From Epiperipatus broadwayi (Eukaryota; Animalia; Onychophora), in NCBI GenBank assembly GCA_028023455.1, contig JAQFVV010000011.1:5022001-5086000 (forward strand): a DNA stretch of 64,000 nucleotides, written 5' to 3'. A program made the position numbers and the translations under genes. The notes under the pieces were generated by a model that was not told where the DNA came from, did no database searches, and was given only the letters and a program-made list of their open reading frames with translations. Below, piece after piece: positions 12,251 through 24,537 of the stretch (position 1 is its first letter; the number at the start of each line of letters is the position of its first letter).

Positions 12251-13110
12251 TACTGCTAATAATTACTACCCTGATTTAATCTGTATTCACATTTATTGTT
12301 TAGCACTTTAACTGGCAGTCTGTACTCTCTTCTATACAGTTTAGCCTAGTGGTGAATTGAAGAACTAAAGATTGTTAAATTGATTCCCAGTCAACAAAAA
12401 ATTCGTTTAATCATCTGTATGATATTATGCTCAATCTGTCATTTTAATGCTCAAATGTCTCTAACCTATCTAGCAATTGGTTATATACTGTTTTTCTTTG
12501 TGCAGTTTAAGGTAGTAAAGATATATAAATAATCAAGTAGTTATTACTCAGGAGTTCATAAAAAGTTTTAGCATCAGAAATGAAAGAACTGGAGCGGTTA
12601 TCCCTAGAATTTGAATCCAACACCGTTCTACCACTGCATCAAACCATGCAAGGCAGCATAAAGGTGAAAATGATTGATTAATTTTTAGCTGAATGAAATT
12701 TTTAAAAAAATCTCAGCTCAATTTTACTTGATTCTTTGAACAATTGTCTGTGTGATTACTATTAATTGCAGTTGAAAGGTATGGCAACAAAATCTTTTAT
12801 TAATTTGATGCACATGAAAATTAATGTCTGTTCTACACACATGGTTAAATATATTCTTTTGAAGTAGTTCTTAATCTGGAAAATGAAATGGGGGGTACTC
12901 ATACTATACATATATTGTTTATGGGATCAAAAACTAATTTTTATTTTGTGGACTTTCCTCACCTCAGTTATGATTTTTTGTCTTTTACCTAATAATGCAC
13001 ATGATTTATTACCATCTTTTAATCGTGTTCTTTTTTTTATTGTAAATAAACTAAATGGAGCAATTAACCTTTGAACTTTGCATAATTTGCATATAATTAC
13101 TTCACTTAGA

Positions 13111-13148
13111 GCTATGAAGATGAGAGCACGTCTCTTGAAAGCACTTGC
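13111..13148 (+). ncRNA. Class B hammerhead-like relic
   Basis: GCT-ATGAAGA-T-GAGAG(CACGT)CTCTT-GAAA-GCACT-T-GC; differences from intact class B include CpG-decay-type changes. Confidence 0.45.
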
Positions 13149-13574
13149 AGAGTAATATAATTTATTTTGTTTTTAAGTAAAAAATAACTTTGCGGTCAGG
13201 TGCAATAGCGCCTATATTATTTTACAAATATATTTTCGCACGCAAAGTTTTCGAGTTAGGTTTGAATTACAATTTTAAATAAAATAATCTTTTGACATAT
13301 TCCTAACCACATTAAAACTGAAAATTAAAATAGACTTTACTTCTGATTAAATCTGTTCTGTTTTTGCTAGTATATTGTGAAGAATATTTATTTCAATCAT
13401 TAGTGGAGTATATTAGAAAATATTTCAAAATTAATATCCTTAAGAAAGTGTGGAGTTCAGTTCATGGAAAGGAAAACCAAAGCTTTTAATTTCTTTATAT
13501 GTTACATCTATTTTTGCCTGTGTTATTTTTTCTTTAATAAATAGACATTATTTTAAATTCTAAGTAATACCACT

Positions 13575-13665
13575 TGGTTTAGTGCATCGGTAAAGCAGAT
13601 ATAGAGCTTTGTGTCCATGGATTGTGGTTCATTTCTGTTACTTTTGGTGCTTGAATGCCTCATGA
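13575..13665 (+). repeat. tRNA-derived SINE-like family 1
   Basis: tggtttagtgcatcggta head and gtccatggattg...cttttggtgcttg body, also at ~4870-4945, 15212-15320, 21125-21220(-), 51252-51320(-), 56625-56700. Confidence 0.55.
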
Positions 13666-13727
13666 AATAATGACAGATCATCAATAGTTTACTTATTTAA
13701 ATCTGAAAAAATAAATATTACTTATAT

Positions 13728-14371
13728 ACTTAATGAATAATATGTCTGTAGTGTAATTTTCACTACACTTTCATGCAAAATAGGAACTAGTATCTATCTG
13801 CTTTTAATACTTTACAGATAGGTGTGTAATCATAAACATATGACCAAAGACATGTGTAAAAGATACATGTTTTCCAAGATGCACATTTCATGCTGATCCA
13901 GCACTCATCAGTTGGCCTAGATCATAATCTCTTCCACATAGCTTTATCATTGTTCATATATATAAATAGCAAACTATTACATTTTAATTGATAAATGTCA
14001 AACTTGCTGCCCTCACAACTTTGACACGAACCACTTAATGGAAGTATATTAATAATTTTTATTAGTTATTCATTAAACTAGAGTTTAGCCAATAATGAGT
14101 ATTATTTTTGTACTGTAATTTACATTAAACCACTCTCATACAAGGTAGGAAGTGGTATCTATCCGTTTTTAACACTTTGTGGAGGAGTGTAATCATAAAC
14201 ATGTGAAAAAAGATGTATGAGTCCCAAGATACATTTTCCACAAGATGTTAGAAGCAGATAAAAACTAGTTCCTACCTTGCATGAGAGTGGTGTAGTGAAA
14301 ATTACACTACAGAAATATTATTCATTAAGTGGATAATCTCTAGTCTAATGAATAACTAAAAAAAATTATTA
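13728..14371. repeat. Family C' composite: two tandem minus-strand terminal repeats plus one inverted copy
   Basis: Shared block gtagtgtaatt(t)tcactac...taggaactag at ~13740-13805 and 14100-14170, inverted at 14255-14330; possible 15-bp TSD (13713-13727 / 14372-14386, 1 mismatch). Confidence 0.7.
13874..13915 (-). ncRNA. Class C minimal hammerhead ribozyme motif
   Basis: CCAA-CTGATGA-GTGCT(GGATC)AGCAT-GAAA-TGTGCAT-C/TTGG; canonical core, AUC cleavage triplet. Confidence 0.75.
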
Positions 14372-15046
14372 AAATATTTCTTATATGTCTATATTTTTTT
14401 AAAATAATCTTCACTTAGCGATTAGTTTGTAGTTTGCCCATTAATTTATAGCATAACTTTTTTTTTTTGAGGAATTGTAAAGTTATTTGAGTCATTTTTA
14501 CCTTACAAAATTAGATTTGTAGAAATCTTTTCATACCAGGATATTTTTGTAGCTCGGCAACACTGGAGTTTTCACATTTTTACTAATTAATCTCTTCTAG
14601 ATAGTCTGTATTTCAAATATTAATTCTCTTGGGCTGTTTTTGTGATTGTTGTTCAAAAATAAATGTTTTCATTCACTGACAAAATTTGCATTGACTAAAT
14701 CTGTTTTTTCTTGTTGTCCTTAAAGGATAGTGTTAAATTTATTGATGGTGTAAACATGGAAAATATAGATTGCCTAAGGAATTGAAAATTGCATCTTTAT
14801 ATCTTTGTCGTATCGATTATTTTGTTTGACAGTATTGTTTATAACCATGTTTGTTTTAGTTATTTTTTGTGATTATAGCTATTTATCTTTTGTTTTTTAA
14901 TTTAAAAAAAAGAATTTGTTTAAAGTCGGAAGAAAAAAATATTTATTAAATTTATTTTTATTTAATCAAATATTTTAAAAGAGCAAATATGATTATCCAC
15001 ATTAAGCAATTGTTTCTTTTTATTGATATTTTTTATTCAATTCCAG

Positions 15047-15108
15047 ATTAGTATTCTATGCACTGCTATTAGTGTATTAGTAGGATGGCCCTTTGCTGGA
15101 ATTTTAAG
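15047..15108 (+). CDS. ALG9: ALG9 exon 4
   Basis: ttccag/.../gtaatt; ISILCTAISVLVGWPFAGIL(S) with the conserved GWPF motif; phase 0-2. Confidence 0.94.
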
Positions 15109-15211
15109 GTAATTTGTTTTATGTGTTTTTTATATATTTATTTATTTATCACATGTATATCTTTATTTATCTGTTTATATATATGTACACTTGTATTCAC
15201 CATGTCCTCTG

Positions 15212-15320
15212 TGATTTAGTGCGGTGGTAGAATGGTGCATTGTAGAGCTTAAGGTCCATGGATTGCTGCACAACTCTTATCACTTTTGGTGCTTAAACTT
15301 TACTTGAATTCCTGAGAAAC
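15212..15320 (+). repeat. tRNA-derived SINE-like family 1
   Basis: tttagtgcggtggtagaatgg head; homologous to 13575-13665. Confidence 0.55.
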
Positions 15321-16658
15321 AAACCATTTGATTATTTTCTTTTTATTGTATTCGTCACAGGTATATACGTCTTGTTTTTTTATTGGAAAAAAAGTACATA
15401 GGAGAGTAATAAAAAAAATTGTAATAATTGTTTAAATGTTATAAATTTTTACAATTTTTTACAACTTCTGAAAGCAAATGAATTTATTTAAAAGCAAACG
15501 AAATATAAAAATGCAAATTTTTAAGTGTTTTAGTATTACTTCTGCTGATTGTTAATGTATTTTAACAATGGTTTAATTTAATTTTCACAATTGTGAATTG
15601 CATTATTTAATTTTTAAAATAGAGATTGCAATGAACATATTAAAATTTTACAATATGTTTGCTAGCAAGAATAGCATCAAAATGAGAAGCTGACTTTAAA
15701 TTTTGCCATTTTTATTAGAAAGAATTATTTATATTGGGGTGATTTACATCATATTAATTTTAAATTTAAAGAAAAATACTTTAATTGGAAGATTATACAA
15801 AAACATTATGTCTATTTGCATATGTATTTTAATATTTAAAATCATTTAAATGATTTAATGCTATAATTTTTAACAATAAATAAGATGAAATAAATTTTAA
15901 TACAATATATCTTTTGTGATCAATATCTATTGTTATATAAGATACCATCTTATAAGATGAAAATATACTTCATTCTCTATACCAGAAACATGGATCACAT
16001 TTATTGAAGGTACAAAAAATCATTTTGGATCTATTAAGATAAAACAAGTGGAAATTGTAAAACAACAGCAAACATTTATGGAGATCATAAGATTTGGCTG
16101 TGCTACATGTAGAATCAAGTTACTAAAAGACTTATGAAAAGCTATTTTAAGTTGGTCTTTCATTGACCATATGAATCAAAGGAGGGAAAGTGTTTCATTT
16201 GTTAGATGAGTTGAAAATAAACTTGTCTGACTTTTTATTTATTTATTTGAGTTTTGCAATCAGAATTTTAAAATCAGTTTTTTTTTTAAATAAAAAAGAA
16301 AAATTGTTTATTCAATATGTTAAAAATAGACTGATAAATTTTTTAGATTAATACTTTTTTTGAATTGTATTAAAATGGAATTTTTGAACTTTAACTTAAA
16401 TTAGTTATTCGTAAATATTTCATCATTAGCAAAATGTTTATTTTATTAAGAGACACATTTTAAAGTACAAGTAAACTTATGCCCTCCCTGCCACCTACTG
16501 TTATTATTTATTCTTTACTTGTTGATAGCAATTAAGGTTTGCCAATAAATAAAAAAGAAACCTATTTTTGATATAACATATTCAAAGCTATTTATTCTGA
16601 TGTATGATAAAATGTAAAAAAATTTAAATTGATGATATATTGAGTTTTTCTGAAAGTT

Positions 16659-16894
16659 AAACCAGTAAACATCACATGATCACCATTTCTTCTGCTTTCA
16701 TTAGATCCTAAAATCTAGGTGCAGTGCTCTCAGATCCAAAGCTTCTCACTGACGAAAGCCACAAGCTAGAAACTAGTCTGGGGATATTGGATGAATAGGC
16801 ACTAAATGGGGATTTTATGCGCAAGCCTTCTGGCATCCATTGATTACTCTGGCTTGCACTGGGTGGCACTACTATATGGAGAGTTTTGCCTGTT
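16659..16894 (+). repeat. Family A insertion (inverted 3' tip + sense body)
   Basis: 14-bp TSD TTTTTCTGAAAGTT at 16645-16658 and 16895-16908. Confidence 0.9.
16743..16784 (+). ncRNA. Class A minimal hammerhead motif with compensatory stem II change
   Basis: TTCTCA-CTGACGA-A-AGC(CACAA)GCT-A-GAAA-CTAGT-C/TGGGGA; a G-C pair of other copies is A-U here. Confidence 0.7.
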
Positions 16895-16989
16895 TTTTTC
16901 TGAAAGTTTGTGATAATGGAATTGTAGTTGTAATTATAAGATGGATTATTTCCATTATCTAATATCAATTGTTAAATGATTTTTGAAAC

Positions 16990-17205
16990 TCCAACTTTAT
17001 TTAACCTTTTCAATTACATTCAACTGTTAGTCATAACGCATAGATTAGAATTAACACAACGTTTTGAGTGGTATATTGTCCTCTCTTCCAGTATTGCTGT
17101 CCTGATCAATGACAGCACTAGCAAGGGAATCAAACTTAGGATTTTTAGATTTATGAAATATTGAATTTAAGGCAACACTCTAACTAATTAGGCTATTTGC
17201 TATCA
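16990..17205 (-). repeat. tRNA-derived SINE-like family 2
   Basis: Shared blocks acattcaactgttag and tgaatttaagg...aattaggcta with other copies. Confidence 0.55.
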
Positions 17206-18393
17206 AAGATGGCAGTTAGGGAAATTTGATATACTTATCTATGAGGGACCTTGTGGTTTCTCCACTTTTTTGTTAAGGATAAGGTTAATGAGTGGTTTCT
17301 AAACATTATGAATTATTGCATAGATTGATTAATGGTATTATACATAATGTATATATACAGTTCTCATATGGGGGATGCCTGAAAAAAAAAATAAACAAAT
17401 ATAAAAAAATTTAGAAAGTAAAAAAAAGGAATTTAAATTTTTTAATTTATTCTGTAACCATTGGGAACTACAATCACAAAACATTGCGAGAAAATAACTG
17501 ATATAATTTTTTACTGTAAAGTAGCAGTTTTACAGTACACGTGGAATACCATCGATCTAAAATCTTGGTTTTGGGACTTTTTCGGGATTTGTGAATTTTC
17601 GAATTTCAACAATATTTCTTTTACTTCCTTATTACAAACTTATTTTCTTAAGCATGTTTTGTATGTGTATATATATACACACAATATATATTATATAAAT
17701 TTACTTTTTTTAAATATATAAATCTTTGAAATGCTGCATATGCTTATTTTTATATGTTTACAAAATTTTTATAAAATAGTGATTAAAACAACAATTTATC
17801 TTCCTCTTCCTTATTCAAAATACATATCAATTTATTCAATGATTTACTGTCTCCTTTCATTTGTCAGTTTAATATAATCTTTTTAAAAATCTAAAAGGTC
17901 TTTGGAAAAAACTGTTCTTTCTTTTCCTATACAAATTGGATGTATTCTTTTTTAAAAAATTAAAATAAAACATATATCATGAATTAATAGAATTATTGAA
18001 CTAGATAAATAAAATAAAACAGACAACTCACCACAATTCAAACTATTAATTTGTACATACTTACTGAACTTGTTTTTTTAAAATGTGAATTTGAAATATT
18101 GTTATGCTTGGTGAAAATATCTGTAATTTATAGATATAATAAGATTCTCTACTATCCATGAGTTTTAATATTCCTGCCAGGGTTGGTAGCAGTGTCACAG
18201 ATATGGTGAAGCATTTAATTTTATGTATATAATCACTGTTCTTATTAATATTCATTTTATTATATACTTGTACATGTATAGTAATTTAGAAGGATTTGAA
18301 CTCAGACTTATACAATATACTTGTACTTAATTATTATATATAATAATAAGTGTAATAATGTTCAAGCCTAAATGGGTTTATAAGTAATCATTA

Positions 18394-18800
18394 AAATCAA
18401 TCAACACTTATAGAATCCCAATATCAATGACAATCAACAATCTCAATCTGTTGTCAAGGTGGAATTCCACTTTTATTGTTAAAAGAAAGTTGCCTTGACA
18501 ACAGATTGAGATTGTTGATTGTTATTGATACTGGGGTTGTCTAAGTATTGATTGATTTAAACAATATATAGTAAGTCGTTAAACAGCCTTCAAGAAGTCT
18601 ACTGTTGGTTAAAGGCCTCTCTAACAGCATCCTAAATAGGAATAGTGGAAGTGATGGTATTACTCATTAGATTTGCCGTTTCTATTTTTATTTTACCCTT
18701 TAGCTAAGAATACTGTGATCCACTTATCCAAAAGAAAATTTCTAAGCTTGTTTGGAGCTTGAAAAATGTGAATCCCAGGTTATGGGTACAGTAAGCAGAT
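18394..18800 (-). mobile_element. PLE-like 3' end relic with a terminal fold-back
   Basis: ~66-bp imperfect inverted repeat 18394-18459 / 18492-18560 (inner ~30 bp perfect) beside degenerate PLE-C-terminus-like coding sequence. Confidence 0.45.
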
Positions 18801-19229
18801 GTAATAACTTTTTTTAACGTAAGGTTCTTCTATTTATCTATTTATCTAAGTATGTCTGGAAAGAAAATAGCATCCAGATGTTTTATTAAAAACTACTATT
18901 GTAATTTTTGACAATCATTGAATCTTTGTGTAATGAATGAATTTTTTTTTATAATTTTAACGTCAAGAATTCAGTTGATTTATTTATCTACTTTAAAATA
19001 TTTTTATATGTTTTAATTTATATTATTTCTATCACCGAGAGTAAATTGGTAAAGGTTTTTAGAAAAATTCAAACTTTATTTATATTTTTCCAAATATATA
19101 AAACTGTTAGTAATAATACACAGATTTCTATAGAACATTAACATTATCTCTTCTTTATGTGTTGTGCTAATTGATTCGGTAATCTTTAGATGAATTTAAC
19201 ATTAATCTCTAATCAACTAGGCTATTTTA

Positions 19230-20800
19230 CCAAAGTCAAGTCAATAAAAATTTTATATATTGGTTTATAAGGATTTTCCTGATCTCTCCATTTTTACCTT
19301 TTAAGGGCAAATTGATTAATGTTTTCCAAATATCATGATTGTCAATCAAAACGGACCTAAGAGGCTAATTGTCATTAGCATGTGAACAATTTTTAATTTT
19401 TTTTTCTCTATCCACCGATCTTATGTTGGTCCAATAAACTAGCATGTATATTCATTTATACATGTCATTTTTCGATGGGATGGCTAGTTTCACAATATGT
19501 TATTCCACATTCACATGTTTTTTAGCATCCAGGTTTAGACTGTGTAGAGATTAGAATTTCTCACAGGATGCTATGGCTTTGGGAAGCTGTCCCGATATAT
19601 ATATAGATTTTTTTCCTCTCTGGACATTCCTTAAAATGTATGATATATTATAGTAATTATTCTTGTTTTTCTTTTGATGTTTTTTTTTTAATGTGTATTT
19701 AAAAAAATTTTTTAGCGATATCTGATGGATAAGCATTCTTTATAAGAGATTATTCTATAATGGGTCTTCTGCTCTGTTTCATGATAATAGAATAACTCCA
19801 TATTTTGCATTTCTATCATGATTGGATATACATGTTAAGCACTTGCATGTATGTATGGGCTTTTGTTAAACAGAGTTTTGATTTTGCCTTGAGGGAATTT
19901 TGTCATGAGAACATGTAAGAATAACAATTTTTGTTCTAATTTTTTTGAGGGTATAATTGAAGGGGATATGTTAATTGATGCGTATCCAGAATGTCTGTAA
20001 TAGTGATTCAACATCTGGCTATTGAACAAATGTATCATTGATATAGCAGAGCCAGATTTGATTGGAGCTGGAGTAATATGTATGGCTATTTTTTCAAATT
20101 CTTCTCTGTAAATGTTTCTAATCAAGGTTAATAATAGCAAACTTATAACTGTTATTTGATTTCGTTGGAAGAATTACATGTATTGGGAGAATGTCATCGT
20201 AATGCAGAATGTTAAAGAGTTCTATTATACTACCAATAGGAAAAATTGGTCAGGTTTATATGTTATTAATCTCTTTTTTCTCATAATAGTCACACTTCAT
20301 TATTGGGTATATTTGTGAATAAATTTTCTTCATCGAAACTTACTAAGATGTGTGTTTATTTTGTATTTATGTTTTTGATTTACTTCATTAAGGCATAGAA
20401 TCTCTCTCAAAAGAAACTTGTGTCTTTGTATGCCAAAGGATAAGAAATGTTTAAAAGTAAATCTTGACAACTGTGAGGAGCTCTCTTAGTTTGTTGTCAT
20501 CGTCAACACTGTAATGTTACATAGGAAAATAATTTTAGAATTATCTAGTTTGAAGGATTTAATGTCTTTCCTCTGTATATAAGTAATGTTTGATATGGGT
20601 TGCTGGTGTCTCATTCTCTTGTGTAATTCTATTACTTCTGTGTGATAATGTGAGTGCAAAGCTTAATCCCTTTTTACAACAGTAGAATTTATTATATGCT
20701 TAAAACTAAGATTTTTATTATATGCTTAAAACTAAGATTTTTAACTGATGTTGATGTTGGGTTACTTAATTGAGTATGATACTTTTTTTTTTTTTTTTGT
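19230..20800 (-). mobile_element. Degenerate Penelope-like retroelement
   Basis: LVSFDEENLFTNIP (~20340), IWLCYINDTFV (~20040), CECGITYCET GIY-YIG-like segment (~19500); many stops. Confidence 0.7.
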
Positions 20801-21649
20801 TTCACGTAATTTAGAACATGAGTTTTTTTCTGAATGATGAAATCTTGAAATCTTCATCAGTAATTTTTTTTGTTTTCAAAATCACACTATATTAATAACA
20901 GAGCATATCGCTTTACATTTGAAAAGCCTCTGGCATTATCAGAGCCTCACTCGCTGTCTGACTAGGGATAGTTCTCAACTCTGTAGAAACACCTGCAAAA
21001 TTCTTTAAAAACAATTCGGTCCAGCATTTGCAAAAGAAAGTTGATCGATTTTTTATTTTGGTCAGTTTTCAATATAATATTTTTATAGTAAATAAATCAA
21101 TCAAATAGTGTTGTTGTTTGAGAGTTTTTGAGAAGTTTGAGCCCCCAAAATGACAGAGTTGAGTCCATCCATGGATCTTGAGTTGCAGCGTTGCCACTCT
21201 ACCATTGCACCAAAGCTGCAGGGCTTTTTTCATAATGTTTAAAGTTTGGTATAGTATTGGGTCCTTTTAATATTTGTTTAAAGATTTGTGATGATAGCAT
21301 TTTACTTGTAGTTATATGTTGGATTATTTCCATCTTTTATTTGAAGTGTTAACTGTTTTTAGAACAATTTGAGGTTTGTTTACACTTTTCCAGGTACATT
21401 CAGCTGTTAGTAGTAACACATAGATTAGTGTTAGTAAAGAACACAATGTTTCAAATGGCATTCTGTCTTCTTCAAATGTTGCTGATCTGATTAGTGGCAA
21501 TCTACCACTGAAATTGAATGGGTGATCCTTTGCTTCATAAATACTGAATTTAAGATGGTATTCTAACTAAGCTAAAGGCAAAGATCAGTGAAATTTTATA
21601 TATTTATCTTTGAAGATCTTCATTTTTTTTATTTTATGAGAAAGATTGA

Positions 21650-21840
21650 CAATTGATTCCCAAACCTTATGGATTTTCACACCAGGTTGACTTATGAGCT
21701 ATTTCCCATTATAATGTAGGTAACTTCGTTAAACTTCTTCATTTTATTTTTTTCTCTCTTTAATATTCTTGTATTTCTTAATAGAATATGTATGCTCATT
21801 GATATATACATGGTCTTTGACTTTTTCTAAAAACATTTAG
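21650..21840 (-). mobile_element. PLE endonuclease C-terminal fragment
   Basis: VKDHVYINEH...NTRILKREK aligns with VRDHVCSNDH...NTKILDREEK of the 6283 element. Confidence 0.55.
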
Positions 21841-22880
21841 AATTTCAATTAAATAATGATGGCAATAATCTTACTTATATATACAGCTAAAATGCTGGTA
21901 TGTATAATCTACATAAATAAACAGATTTATGTCTTTTGTGTGTATGTGTATATTTATATTCTTATTGTTATAGACTTTGCATATTATTTCAACTAAAGAC
22001 TTTTTGTGAAATTTTCAATTATTATTTTGTTTTATTATCTTTCCTTTTTCAATTAATAGCTTACTACAAATCATAGATATATTATTGGAATTACCAGATA
22101 TAGTAGCTGGCATTAGCTTTCATTGAAATTCTTCTCTTTATAGTAATTGCATCTTGTGTAATTATATCACACTTGCTTTATGATTATTAATTTCACTGAA
22201 TTATCATGTAAAATGAAAATCTCGATATATATTTTATTAGTCTGCCAAGAATAAGGAATTATACGCCTGTGTGAAAGAACTGTATTGGCTCTATCGATGA
22301 CCACCATAAATTAACAGTATGAACTAAAATTCAAAAAACTTGACTAGTAAAATTTCACGGATTAAGGCTGTAAATACATCAAAATTGTTGAATTTCATAA
22401 TCCCAGAATTTTTTTAATTATTTTAATATTTACTTCTTTAAACTTTCAATTCTGAAATTAAATGTACATAATGCGTTCATATTTTCATACTTGTAAAAGC
22501 TTTATAAAAACTTATAGTAGCGATGATATTATGAGTTGATGGAAAACCAATTATCACCAGTGATTTATTATTGATTAAAATTAGCTCACATTCGTTGTTT
22601 GCAATTTAAGTTGAGATATTACTGTATCATTTGTGTGTTTAAAAACCTAACTGCGTAATATTTTACTAATTTTTCTTTTGAAATTTTTTTTTTTGATACG
22701 TATTTCCACTTTTAATTATCTAGAAAACAGCAAACGATAAGTGTTGTTAATGTATCTATACGATCTAATTAAAATATACTACGCATATGAATATTCTCTT
22801 ACTTTATAAATATATTTCTGAATGACAAACATTTAAATAGAAACAACTACTTGTTTATAAAAATTTATTTGATCAAAATT

Positions 22881-23156
22881 CACATGATCACATCACCAAT
22901 ACTAGCACATAATTGTTTATAAACAAAACTCCATACAGTAGTGCCACCTGTGCTAAACAGAGTAATCAATGGATGCCAGCAGGCTTGTGCATAAAATCCC
23001 TATCTAATGCCTGAGTAGTGCCACCTGTGCTAAACAGAGTAATCAATGGATGCCAGTAGGCATTAGATAGGGATTTTATGCACAAGCCTTCTGGCATCCA
23101 TTGATTACTCTGTTTAGCACAGGTGGCACTACTATATGGAGCTTTGCTTTGCTTTG
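22881..23156. repeat. Family A fold-back insertion with internal duplication
   Basis: 13-bp TSD TTTGATCAAAATT (22868-22880, 23157-23169); shares diagnostic variants with the 608-811 copy. Confidence 0.9.
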
Positions 23157-23562
23157 TTTGATCAAAATTAAAAAGTTGACTTCTTTTTAATATAATCATT
23201 GATCATATTTCTAGCATTCCTCAGCTTTGTTCACCCTATTATTCTGAAATGTATTACTCATAAAATATTTTTCATTGATTTAGTTAAGTGGTAGTGAAAT
23301 AGACACAAGATTGAATGATAGATTAGTTTAATTCATCTCATTTCATTTTTGCAGTTTTGAATTCTCATCATTAAAGCAACAGGATGAGAATAAAAGTTGA
23401 TTTGGAGAAAACCAACTGAAATTCTTGCCTTTTTAATTCAAATGATTATTGTCTTTTTTTTTTTTTTTTTTGAGTCAACAGAGTTAATAATTACACATTG
23501 ATGATTTTTTTGATTATTGAGAAAATGCTTATCTTTTAATTACACATAACACTATAATCTTT

Positions 23563-23858
23563 AAACCACTAAACATCACATGATCACCATCTCTTATACA
23601 AGCACATAACTGTTATTAAACGGGCAAAACTCTCCATACAGTAGTGCCACCCTTTGCCAACCAGAGTAATCAATGGATGCCAGAAGGCTTGTGCATAAAA
23701 TCCCCATCTAGTGCCTACTCATCCAATATCCCCACAGTAGTTTCTGACTTGTGGCCTTCGTCAGTGAGGACCCTTGGATCTGAGAGCACTGCATCAAGAT
23801 CTTAGGATCTAATGCAACCCTCCAGCAGCCACCTTTTATCTCTACTTAACTACAAAAC
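23563..23858 (-). repeat. Family A full-length copy, ribozyme stem III/cleavage site mutated
   Basis: 23729-23770 reads CTGACGA-A-GGC(CACAA)GTC-A-GAAA-CTACTG; a further 3' fragment lies at 24017-24120. Confidence 0.9.
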
Positions 23859-24449
23859 TATGATGAATGAAATTGAAAACACAATAACATTTTCAATCTA
23901 CGCTCAATAACTTATATAGTCATATGGGTCTGAACTCAGTTCATCACCCATACATTTTGGTGTCTTTGGCTCTTTAACAACCATAGCCACCACTATCCTA
24001 TTAGGCAGGATTGGTGTTAAACCACTAAACATTATATGATCACCATCTTTTATACTAGCACATAACTATTATTAAACAGGAAAAACTCTCCATACAGTAG
24101 TGCCACTCTGTGCCAACCAGAATCTTTCTTAGGAAAAGTTTTAAGAAGAATTTCATGTTCCTTTATAAAAAAAAAAATTGATATTTATTAACAATAAGCT
24201 ATGCAATACTGCTGTATCTGATCTTGTGGCAAATATTGATCGGCAAGAGAGAACTAACTATCAATGTCAGAACTTTAATAAATGCTCATATATGCAAATT
24301 TATTCATGCACACAAAAGAAGAAAGCTGAATTTCCATGTATATTTAAATATCTGTTACAGTTTTATTTTTTTATTATTTTTTTGATAAATTGTTAGATCG
24401 TGATATTCAAATTCTAAATAATATGTACACTATTTAATTTTTTTTGTAG

Positions 24450-24537
24450 CATTCCTATTATATATGATTTGCTCTTTAGAAGATATTTCATTTCATTTTT
24501 CGTCAAAAATAGTTTAGTAGCTGCTGTTATTATTTTG
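24450..24537 (+). CDS. ALG9: ALG9 exon 5
   Basis: tttgtag/.../gtaagt; (S)IPIIYDLLFRRYFISFFVKNSLVAAVIIL; 88 nt, phase 2-0. Confidence 0.9.

Noticed and set aside
13748-13795. Hairpin plus CTAG resembling a Helitron 3' end
   Set aside because: Homology between copies continues beyond CTAG; explained as part of family C'
20825-20862. CTGATGAAG...GAAA on the minus strand near the PLE 5' end
   Set aside because: No credible stem II/III or cleavage triplet
22060-22142. AG...GT block resembling ALG9 exon 5
   Set aside because: In-frame stop and wrong length (83 nt); 24450-24537 fits in phase and sequence
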